From: Halobacteriovoraceae bacterium
Lineage (GTDB): Bacteria; Bdellovibrionota; Bacteriovoracia; Bacteriovoracales; Bacteriovoracaceae
DNA: 64,000 bases
Direction of reading: 5' to 3'
NCBI GenBank assembly: GCA_963719505.1
Contig: CAVRCF010000001.1
Coordinates: 480,001-544,000, forward strand
In this document: in pieces, positions 39,395 through 47,116 of the stretch
How the letters are laid out: the number at the start of each line of letters is the position of its first letter
Numbering within the stretch: position 1 is the first letter of the stretch
Program-made: the position numbers and the translations under genes
The notes under the pieces: model-generated
What the model saw: the letters and a program-made list of their open reading frames with translations, nothing else
What the model was told of the DNA's origin: nothing
Database searches by the model: none

Positions 39395-41956
39395 ATGGCT
39401 AAGAAGAAAAGTGAAAATAAAAAAATTGGCGATGAGATTGTCGTTCCGGCTCGGCTTCCTGATCAAGTTGTCGTTATACCAATAGTGAACAGTCCTATCT
39501 TTCCTGGAATGATCGCTCCAATTATTCTGAGTCAGGAAAAGTTTACTCCAGAGTTAGATGAACAGGTTGGAAAAGTTGGTTACGTCGCTCTAAACCTCGT
39601 GAAGTTTAAAGAAGCTTCTAAATATGAAAGCTCAGATGATGATGAAGATGAAGATGATGATTTGGGTGAGTATGAGATGGAGGCTTACGACGAGGATATA
39701 AATGATCTGACAAGTAAGGATATTTACCGTGTAGGTGTCTTATGTAAAGTCGTTAAAAAATTAAAGCTGCCTGATGGCTCTGTTAATCTTCTCGTTCACG
39801 GACTAAAGAGATTTAGAATTTCAAAATTCATCGAAGAGTCTCCACTCCTTGTCGTTAAGACGGATGTTTTTGAAGATGTACATGAAGCTGATGAAGAGCT
39901 AGATGCCTATACGAGATCAGTCATTAATCAAGTTAAAAAACTCAGTGAGATTAATCCCTACTTTAATGAAGAAATGAAGCTTGCAATGCTAAACTCACCT
40001 TCTCCAGGATCTCTTGCTGACTTGGTGGCTTTTGCTCTCTCTCTAGACGTTCCAGAGGCGCAAGATTTTCTGGAAACTTTAGTCGTTAAAAAAAGATTTG
40101 CAAAACTTCTTGTTTACTTAAAAAGAGAAAAAGATGTTGCTGATATTCAAAAGAAAATTACGGATGAAGTTAACGATAAAGTTAATAAGTACCAAAGAGA
40201 GTATTTTTTAAGAGAGCAGCTTAAAGTCATTCGTTCAGAGCTTGGGATGGAAGAGGACGAAAAAACTAAAGATATAAAAAGATTTAAAGAATTAATTGCT
40301 GAAAAAAATATGCCCGAGGAAGCTGAAAAGGCTGCACTGGAAGAGCTTGAACGATTAGACTCTATTGCTGACTCTTCACCTGAGTATAATATCACAAGGA
40401 CTTACTTAACTTGGATGACAAGTCTTCCCTGGAATGAAGAGAGTAAAGAGAGTTCGAATATTGCAAAAGCAAAAAAGATGCTCGAAAAAGACCACTACGG
40501 TTTAGAAAAAGCTAAAGAAAGAATCTTAGAATTTTTAGCTGTAAGACAACTAAAGCCTGAGTACGATGGAACAATCCTTTGTCTCGCTGGTCCTCCTGGA
40601 GTTGGTAAAACAAGTCTTGGTAGTAGTATAGCAGAAGCTCTTGGAAGAAAATTTTATCGCTTTAGCCTCGGTGGTATGAGAGATGAAGCTGAAATAAAAG
40701 GTCATAGAAGAACATACGTTGGTGCGATGCCTGGTAAACTTCTTCAAGCCATGAAAAGAGTTGAAGTAAACAACCCAGTCATCATGTTAGATGAAATAGA
40801 TAAGCTTGGTCGTTCATACCAGGGAGATCCATCTAGTGCACTTTTAGAAGTGCTAGATCCAGAACAAAATCGTACATTTATCGATAACTATTTAGATGTG
40901 CCTTTTGATCTTTCAAAAGTTCTTTTTATCGCTACAGCAAACTATGTTGGGGAAATTCCAGAAGCACTTCTTGATAGAATGGAGTTGATCGAAGTAAGTG
41001 GATATACACTTGAAGAAAAAGTAAATATTGCAACTAAGTGGGTTATTCCGAAACAATTAAAAAAGCATGGCTTAACGTCAAAAGATTTTGCCTTAACAGT
41101 GACAACTCTTAAAGCCCTTATCCAGGACTACTCAAGGGAGCCTGGTGTGAGAAGAATGGAGCAATTCGTAGCGAAGCTGTGTCGACATGCGGCTTTAATA
41201 AAAGTGAGCTCTAAGAAAACGAAAAAGTTCTCCCCAGCACCAAAAGATCTCGAGAAGATATTGGGACCAAAAAGATTTTCAAGCGATATCGCTCAAAAAC
41301 CATTAAGCCCAGGTGTCGTTACAGGGCTTGCTTGGACGGCCTTTGGTGGAGACATTCTATTTATAGAAACGCTTCCATTAAAAGGGAAGGGACTAAAGCT
41401 TACCGGACAAATGGGTGATGTTATGAACGAATCAGCTAATATCGCCTACAGTTATGCTAAAAAAATGCTCGAAGATGAGCTTGAGGCTGAGAAGAAATTA
41501 GACAAGCTCAATAGTGGTAAGGTTAAGCGAAAAGCTGTCAAGAAAGCTGTGAAGAGAGTTGAAGGAAAAAATTCACCAAATGAAAATGATGCTGAAGATT
41601 CACTCGACTATCTTGATAGCCGATGTATTCATCTTCACCTTCCAGCTGGAGCGACACCAAAAGACGGACCAAGCGCAGGGATCACAATGGCCTTGGCCAT
41701 TTACTCGCTTGCAAAAAATAAAAAGGTAAGAGGACAGGTTGCAATGACAGGAGAGTTAAGTCTTACTGGAAAAGTTCTTCCTGTTGGCGGAATAAAAGAA
41801 AAAGTTCTCGCAGCTAAAAGAGCGGGGATAAAAGAAATTATTCTTCCTTTTGAAAATGAAAAAGATTTAATGGAAGTTCCTGATAGACATAGAAAGGGAA
41901 TGAAGTTTTATCCTGTAAAACATTTTGATGAAGTCTTAAAAATAGCACTTAAGTAA
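39395..41956 (+). CDS. lon: ATP-dependent Lon protease
   Basis: GPPGVGKTSL, EIKGHRRTYVGAMPG, LDEIDK, PKDGPSAG (catalytic Ser), VGGIKEK (catalytic Lys). Confidence 0.97.
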   Translation: MAKKKSENKKIGDEIVVPARLPDQVVVIPIVNSPIFPGMIAPIILSQEKFTPELDEQVGKVGYVALNLVKFKEASKYESSDDDEDEDDDLGEYEMEAYDEDINDLTSKDIYRVGVLCKVVKKLKLPDGSVNLLVHGLKRFRISKFIEESPLLVVKTDVFEDVHEADEELDAYTRSVINQVKKLSEINPYFNEEMKLAMLNSPSPGSLADLVAFALSLDVPEAQDFLETLVVKKRFAKLLVYLKREKDVADIQKKITDEVNDKVNKYQREYFLREQLKVIRSELGMEEDEKTKDIKRFKELIAEKNMPEEAEKAALEELERLDSIADSSPEYNITRTYLTWMTSLPWNEESKESSNIAKAKKMLEKDHYGLEKAKERILEFLAVRQLKPEYDGTILCLAGPPGVGKTSLGSSIAEALGRKFYRFSLGGMRDEAEIKGHRRTYVGAMPGKLLQAMKRVEVNNPVIMLDEIDKLGRSYQGDPSSALLEVLDPEQNRTFIDNYLDVPFDLSKVLFIATANYVGEIPEALLDRMELIEVSGYTLEEKVNIATKWVIPKQLKKHGLTSKDFALTVTTLKALIQDYSREPGVRRMEQFVAKLCRHAALIKVSSKKTKKFSPAPKDLEKILGPKRFSSDIAQKPLSPGVVTGLAWTAFGGDILFIETLPLKGKGLKLTGQMGDVMNESANIAYSYAKKMLEDELEAEKKLDKLNSGKVKRKAVKKAVKRVEGKNSPNENDAEDSLDYLDSRCIHLHLPAGATPKDGPSAGITMALAIYSLAKNKKVRGQVAMTGELSLTGKVLPVGGIKEKVLAAKRAGIKEIILPFENEKDLMEVPDRHRKGMKFYPVKHFDEVLKIALK

Positions 41957-41984
41957 AAAAAGCCTCCCTTGTGGAGGCTTTTTT
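41955..41984. terminator. Bidirectional terminator between lon and the GNAT gene
   Basis: A-tract-GCCTCC-CTTGT-GGAGGC-T6, between convergent genes. Confidence 0.9.
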
Positions 41985-42002
41985 ATAGTCTCAAGATGTG
42001 GT

Positions 42003-42485
42003 CTATAAAATTTTTTGCATGATAAGCACATCTACATATCGATCAAATTTAAACCCAACCTCATTCATGACACCAACCTCGGTAAATCCAAATTTTTTAT
42101 GAAGGTGAATACTCGAGGCAGACTCTGTTGTGATTCTTGAAAGAATACTGTGCAGCCCAAGTGCTTTTGCTCTTTTGATTAAATCTTCCATCAATTCCGT
42201 GGCGATTCCTCTGCCGTGAAAGGCCGGGTCCACATAGACAGATATTTCAACTGTAGTATCGTAAGCCGATCTATCTGAGTACTTTTTTAGGCAAGCCCAA
42301 CCCGTTACAACACTCTCTTGCAGAGAAACAACAAGGGGAAGTTCGTCAAATGAGCTAAGAAAGTCTGTGTAATTTTCGAGAGTTTTTGTTTCTTGATCTA
42401 GAGTTGCGGTTGTGTTTGTGACGGCCCAATTATAGATTGAGATAATGGATTCAAAGTGTTTTTCTGAAGCATTAGTAAGGGTCAT
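42003..42485 (-). CDS. GNAT N-acetyltransferase (YncA/phosphinothricin acetyltransferase-like)
   Basis: IYNWAV..TTAT, TVEISVYV, HGRGIA, SIHLHKKFGF, EVGFKFDRYVD. Start probably ATG 42485. Confidence 0.9.
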   Translation of the reverse strand: MTLTNASEKHFESIISIYNWAVTNTTATLDQETKTLENYTDFLSSFDELPLVVSLQESVVTGWACLKKYSDRSAYDTTVEISVYVDPAFHGRGIATELMEDLIKRAKALGLHSILSRITTESASSIHLHKKFGFTEVGVMNEVGFKFDRYVDVLIMQKIL

Positions 42486-42509
42486 AAAAAAAGCCCTCAT
42501 AAGAGGGCC
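42486..42509 (-). terminator. Rho-independent terminator after rpoZ
   Basis: Minus strand reads GCCCTC-TTAT-GAGGGC followed by a T-tract. Confidence 0.75.
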
Positions 42510-42523
42510 TAGATATCTTTATT

Positions 42524-42736
42524 TTAAAATTCGTCTGAATCGTATTCTTCAACAGGTGCATGAGATACTTTACCAGCTGCAATCTCTCTTAAAGCTGTAA
42601 CAATATCTTTGTTTTTACTTTTAACAAGACGCTCATCACCTTCTCTTAATTGCTTAACTCTTTTTACAGTTAAGTGAACTAATTCGTATCTATTTTCAAC
42701 ATTTTCTAAACAGTCTTCGATTGTTACACGAGCCAT
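42524..42736 (-). CDS. rpoZ: RNA polymerase omega subunit
   Basis: MARVTIEDCLENVENRYELV...ALREIAAG. Confidence 0.96.
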   Translation of the reverse strand: MARVTIEDCLENVENRYELVHLTVKRVKQLREGDERLVKSKNKDIVTALREIAAGKVSHAPVEEYDSDEF

Positions 42737-42802
42737 TGGTTACCCCATTTTTAAATTACTTGAACATAACTTTATAGATATAATCTATTTAATTGTCAAA
42801 GG

Positions 42803-44602
42803 TTAATCCTGATACAGCGAGTTAATATCATCGGCATAATCTTTAATAAGAAGCTTCTTTTTCACTTTGAGAGAGGGAGTGAGGTAGTTATCTGTGGATA
42901 AATCCATCTTTATAAGTTTGAATTTTTTAATCGTTTCAAAAGAGGCGAGATCAGAATTCACTTTATCGATCTCCTTTTGAATAAAATCAACTACTTCTTG
43001 CTCTTTTTCTATTGTTACTTCATCCCATTTTTCAATATCAAAGGAAGCTTTATCGACAGTAATCAGTGCACTTAGAAACTTCTGTCTATCTCCAACCACT
43101 ACAACTTGGTCAATTGAAGGCGAAAGTTTCAAGATGTTTTCAATTTTTTGAGGTGCGACATTTTTTCCAGCACTTGTGACGATAATATCTTTTTTGCGGC
43201 CAGTAATTTGGAGGTAACCATTTTCATCAAATGATCCAAGGTCTCCGGTTTTAAACCAACCTTCAGAATCTAGTGCAGCATCAGTCTCTTTTTGGTTCTG
43301 ATAGTACTCTTTAAAAAGAGCTTTAGACCGAATGAGAATTTCACCGTCCTCTAAGAATTTAACTTCAACGTCACCTACGGGCTTTCCTACAGTTCCACCT
43401 CTTTGTTTCTCAAAAGGGTTAAGGACACATGGAGCGATCGTCTCAGTTAGGCCATAGCCTTCTATAAGCGTTAATCCTGAGTTTCTTAGAAAAAAGATAA
43501 TCTCTTTAGAGATGGGAGCGCCACCAGAGATGAAATACCTTATTCTCCCACCAAATTTTTGATAGATTTTATCTGTGACTAGTTTTTTCGCCAAATTGAA
43601 TTGAAGTATTTCAAGAGTATCTGGAGTCTTATCTTTCTCGATTTTGTTGTAATAGTTATTAGTGCAGTCCATTGCCCAATTAAAGAGTGATTTTTTCACA
43701 ATACCAGAACTCTCTAGGTCCAATTGAACTTTTTCAAAGATCTTTTCAAAAATTCTTGGAACCGCAATCATAAAGGTTGGTCTTACCAGTGAAATATTGG
43801 AGAAGAGTTTATCTATAGACTCGGCATACACAGTAAGACATCCAAAGTTTAAATTGAGGAGGGAATCGCACCTTCCTAAAACATGGGATAAGGGTAAAAA
43901 AACAAGACTGATATCATTTTTTGTTAATGATGTTTTTGCAAAAGACTTAATATTGAACAACATTGCGATGAGAGCACCGTGAGTAATAACGGCACCTTTT
44001 GGCTCACCTGTTGTTCCTGAAGTGTAGACAATTGTTGCAATATTTTGTTCATGTGTCTGGGCAACTTTAGCTTCAAATACATCTGGATTTGCATTTAGCT
44101 CTTGAACACCGAGCTCCGTCAAACTTTTATAGTCGACAAGATGAACAAGATCGCTAACCTTGGAACTCAGTTCACTACTGACTTTGTCCAAAGTTATTAT
44201 CATTTTGATTTCTTTAAGATCGCCTAAGACCTCACTCACTTTTTGAAGTTGCTTCTCATCTTCGACAATCACTATTTTTGTTTGAGTTTGGTTGAGAATA
44301 AATTTAATTTCTTCTGGTTTGTAGGTGTGGTAGACAGGTACTGTAATAGCGCCAGATGACATTATCGCAAGGTCAAGGACATTCCATTCCATTCTGGTAT
44401 CTGATAAGATCCCAACTTTGTCTTGGGCCACTAACCCGTTCTTAGCAAGGGCAAGACTTATACCCTCAATCATTTTTCTGTACTGCTCAAAGCTTGTCTT
44501 TTGAACGAGTCCATCTTGAATTGATCCAATGGCAAAGTCAGATGGGTTCTTCTTCACTCTATCTAAAAGTAAATGTCCTATGGTATTTTTGATAAGTTTC
44601 AA
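42803..44602 (-). CDS. fadD: Long-chain fatty acid-CoA ligase
   Basis: YTSGTTGEPKG, FLPLSH, EGYGLTET, GWFKTGDLG, ITGRKKDII, LTPSLKVK. Confidence 0.92.
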   Translation of the reverse strand: MKLIKNTIGHLLLDRVKKNPSDFAIGSIQDGLVQKTSFEQYRKMIEGISLALAKNGLVAQDKVGILSDTRMEWNVLDLAIMSSGAITVPVYHTYKPEEIKFILNQTQTKIVIVEDEKQLQKVSEVLGDLKEIKMIITLDKVSSELSSKVSDLVHLVDYKSLTELGVQELNANPDVFEAKVAQTHEQNIATIVYTSGTTGEPKGAVITHGALIAMLFNIKSFAKTSLTKNDISLVFLPLSHVLGRCDSLLNLNFGCLTVYAESIDKLFSNISLVRPTFMIAVPRIFEKIFEKVQLDLESSGIVKKSLFNWAMDCTNNYYNKIEKDKTPDTLEILQFNLAKKLVTDKIYQKFGGRIRYFISGGAPISKEIIFFLRNSGLTLIEGYGLTETIAPCVLNPFEKQRGGTVGKPVGDVEVKFLEDGEILIRSKALFKEYYQNQKETDAALDSEGWFKTGDLGSFDENGYLQITGRKKDIIVTSAGKNVAPQKIENILKLSPSIDQVVVVGDRQKFLSALITVDKASFDIEKWDEVTIEKEQEVVDFIQKEIDKVNSDLASFETIKKFKLIKMDLSTDNYLTPSLKVKKKLLIKDYADDINSLYQD

Positions 44603-44686
44603 CTTCGCATCCTCAGTAAATCAACGTCTTAAAGCCTACATGGTCAAATTATTATTTGCAAGATGAGGGCCCTAGGGGACTGTTTT

Positions 44687-44902
44687 ATGAAATTATATCT
44701 AATATCAACCTGTATTAAAATAAATAAACGCTATTCAATCTTTCACTTTAAAGGTTATTACATGGGGGAGAGAATAAATGAGGTCTTTGTGGATAGTAAA
44801 GAGTTTACTGTTGGCGGTGAGTACTTGGTAAAGCTAAAAGCCAAGCAAGTTTTAAGCTCTAGTCTCTATGGAGAAGTCTTAAAGTTCAAAAAGCTTAACT
44901 AG
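44687..44902 (+). CDS. Small hypothetical protein (71 aa)
   Basis: AGGGG RBS before ATG 44687; fills the gap between flanking genes; beta-rich sequence. Confidence 0.45.
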   Translation: MKLYLISTCIKINKRYSIFHFKGYYMGERINEVFVDSKEFTVGGEYLVKLKAKQVLSSSLYGEVLKFKKLN

Positions 44903-45291
44903 CTATTAGTATTAACGGAGACGTGGTCACCTATCATAAAACCTTTCAGGTGGATAAGAGGAGTCTCTTGTTCGTCTTTGAGCTCTGTCATAATTCCAAT
45001 AGCAGCTTCATCATCTGAGTGTAGAACTTTGATTTCGCCAATTTTTACTTTGTAGTTTACTCTTTTGAGGTTTTCATATGGATTGGACCTTGAAATAACT
45101 CTGAACACGTCTAATACCGTACCTTCACTAACACCTTGATTGGTACCTATATTGAGGTAGAAATTCTTTTTGGTCACTTCGTTCTCATAGCCCATTGGAA
45201 TTTCTTCAGCGACACTATAGATCAGATGATCTCTAGCGAAAGCGCTAAGTGATAATAAGAATAGAAAAATCGTAATGCAGGTTGTTTTCAT
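44899..45291 (-). CDS. Secreted protein with FlgT C-terminal-like beta domain
   Basis: Signal peptide (SAFA), FYLNIGTNQGVSEGTVLDVFR...IGEIKV pattern. Start at ATG 45291 after AAGGA. Confidence 0.6.
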   Translation of the reverse strand: MKTTCITIFLFLLSLSAFARDHLIYSVAEEIPMGYENEVTKKNFYLNIGTNQGVSEGTVLDVFRVISRSNPYENLKRVNYKVKIGEIKVLHSDDEAAIGIMTELKDEQETPLIHLKGFMIGDHVSVNTNS

Positions 45292-45330
45292 GTCTCTCTT
45301 TCCTTGAGCCAATAAGTTGTTCACACTTAC

Positions 45331-45357
45331 TTATCGACCATTGTGGAAAAAGATTAA
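45331..45357 (-). promoter_or_regulatory. Putative sigma28 promoter
   Basis: Minus strand TTAATCTT-N11-GTCGATAA, about 40 nt upstream of ATG 45291. Confidence 0.5.
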
Positions 45358-45403
45358 GTTTATAGGAAAAATATTCTCTATATCAAACTAAAACACTCGG
45401 TCA

Positions 45404-47116
45404 TTATTCAACTTTTAAATATTTATAATTGTTGTAGATCAAATCTGACTGTCTAAAATTTTTGATAGTGTCGTGAGACAAGATATAGTTCCTAGAATAA
45501 TACTGCATAATCCAAGGAAGCTTCTTGTGGACGATATCCTCAATTTCTTTAAGTATTTGATTTTTTTCTAATTCAGAGCTGGCTTCATTATACTTGAGGA
45601 AAAGGGCATCGACTTTCTTACTTGAAAAATAAGTAGAATTTGGACCAGGAGAATGGTTTTTAGTCAGGAGTAGTTGAAGTGTATTTTCAGCATCTGGATA
45701 GTCCATTGCCCAACCACCTTGCCAAAACTGCAATTGACCAGTTCTAGCTTTGGTTAAGAATCCAGGAAAGCTATTAACATTAATTTTAACTTTTATATCA
45801 ACTTTCTCTAGCTCAATCTTTATAAACTCTGCCATCTGTTTTGAAACCAATGAATTTCCCCTTACATCATACTGAAGTTCAGGAAGACCTCGACCTTTGG
45901 GATATCCAGCTTCAGCTAAAAGTTTTTTGGCCTTTGATGGATTGTAGGAATAGGGAGTTTTTCTCGAAGGATCGTATCCTGGAACTCCCGGAGGATAAAT
46001 TGAATTTGCTTTAAGTGAAATATTATTTGAAAAAACTTTTATATATTTTTCGATATCGACGGCATGGGCAATTGCAGAACGAAGTTTGTAGTTTTTACCA
46101 ACGACTTTATCCTTCATATTGAAGGCCAGCCACCAGTAAGTGAGAGTTGGCTCCACTTGCAGGTTTATACCCTTCTCTTTAAATTCTTTTTTTAAGCTAC
46201 CTTCTTGATTCAAAACAATAGGGAAGTGATCTTTAGTGAGAACAATAAAATCTAATTTTCCTGATAAGAAGTTTAGCCATCTGGTTTGAGCTTCTTTAAT
46301 AATATTAAATTTTACTCCTTGAATAAAAGGAATACTTTTTCCCTTGTCAGCTAAAAGATTATTCTCATAAGAGGTTCTATCCCCTTTGTTGGGATAGGTA
46401 CTTGGGTGATAATCTGTAAAACGAGTAAGAGTAATATTTAAATTCTTGTTCCATTCTTTTAAATAAAAGGGACCTGTACCAATTGAGCCTTGAGTAAGAT
46501 CATTTTTGGTGGCCCTAATAACTTCTTCTGTGACTGGAGTTGTAAACGACATTGCTAGAGCAAAAAGTATTTGGGGATAAGGTTTTATCAACTTTATGAC
46601 AAGAGTGTGGTCATTTAAAGCTTTTAGCCCTTCAATATCAAGGGAAAAGAATTTGGACATATCATTTCCAGCCTTAGCTCGAAACTCATTTAGGCCTACA
46701 ATCTTCTCATCAAATAGCCACCATCCGTTACTTTTAGTCGGTTTGAAAGCAAGCCTTTTAATTTGGTTTATAAAGTCTTGAGCTTTGAGGGTTCTGTCTT
46801 TTTTTAAGTGTGGAGAGTCATGAAACTTAATATTTTTTTTAATTTTTATCGTATACTTCAGTCCCTCGTTTTCAATCATAGGCATTTCTTGCGCCAATAA
46901 GGGTTTAAGGTGATAAGGTCTAATCAGATAATCGTATTCAAAAAGAGTCTCATGGATTTGATAGATCACTTCAGCCGAGACGGTGTCATATGACATTGCG
47001 GGGTCTAAAGTAGGAACGTTGGTTGAGAGTGCGACGTTGATATATTTTTTCTTTGTCGATTCTATTTCTTCGCATGAAGCAAAGACAATAGTGAGGAGGA
47101 GAAATACTATTTTCAT
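45404..47116 (-). CDS. ABC transporter substrate-binding lipoprotein, family 5 (OppA/DppA-like)
   Basis: Lipobox FASC, TLDPA, GTGPF, LRSAIAHAVD, AKKLLAEAGYP, GWAMDYPD. Confidence 0.9.
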   Translation of the reverse strand: MKIVFLLLTIVFASCEEIESTKKKYINVALSTNVPTLDPAMSYDTVSAEVIYQIHETLFEYDYLIRPYHLKPLLAQEMPMIENEGLKYTIKIKKNIKFHDSPHLKKDRTLKAQDFINQIKRLAFKPTKSNGWWLFDEKIVGLNEFRAKAGNDMSKFFSLDIEGLKALNDHTLVIKLIKPYPQILFALAMSFTTPVTEEVIRATKNDLTQGSIGTGPFYLKEWNKNLNITLTRFTDYHPSTYPNKGDRTSYENNLLADKGKSIPFIQGVKFNIIKEAQTRWLNFLSGKLDFIVLTKDHFPIVLNQEGSLKKEFKEKGINLQVEPTLTYWWLAFNMKDKVVGKNYKLRSAIAHAVDIEKYIKVFSNNISLKANSIYPPGVPGYDPSRKTPYSYNPSKAKKLLAEAGYPKGRGLPELQYDVRGNSLVSKQMAEFIKIELEKVDIKVKINVNSFPGFLTKARTGQLQFWQGGWAMDYPDAENTLQLLLTKNHSPGPNSTYFSSKKVDALFLKYNEASSELEKNQILKEIEDIVHKKLPWIMQYYSRNYILSHDTIKNFRQSDLIYNNYKYLKVE

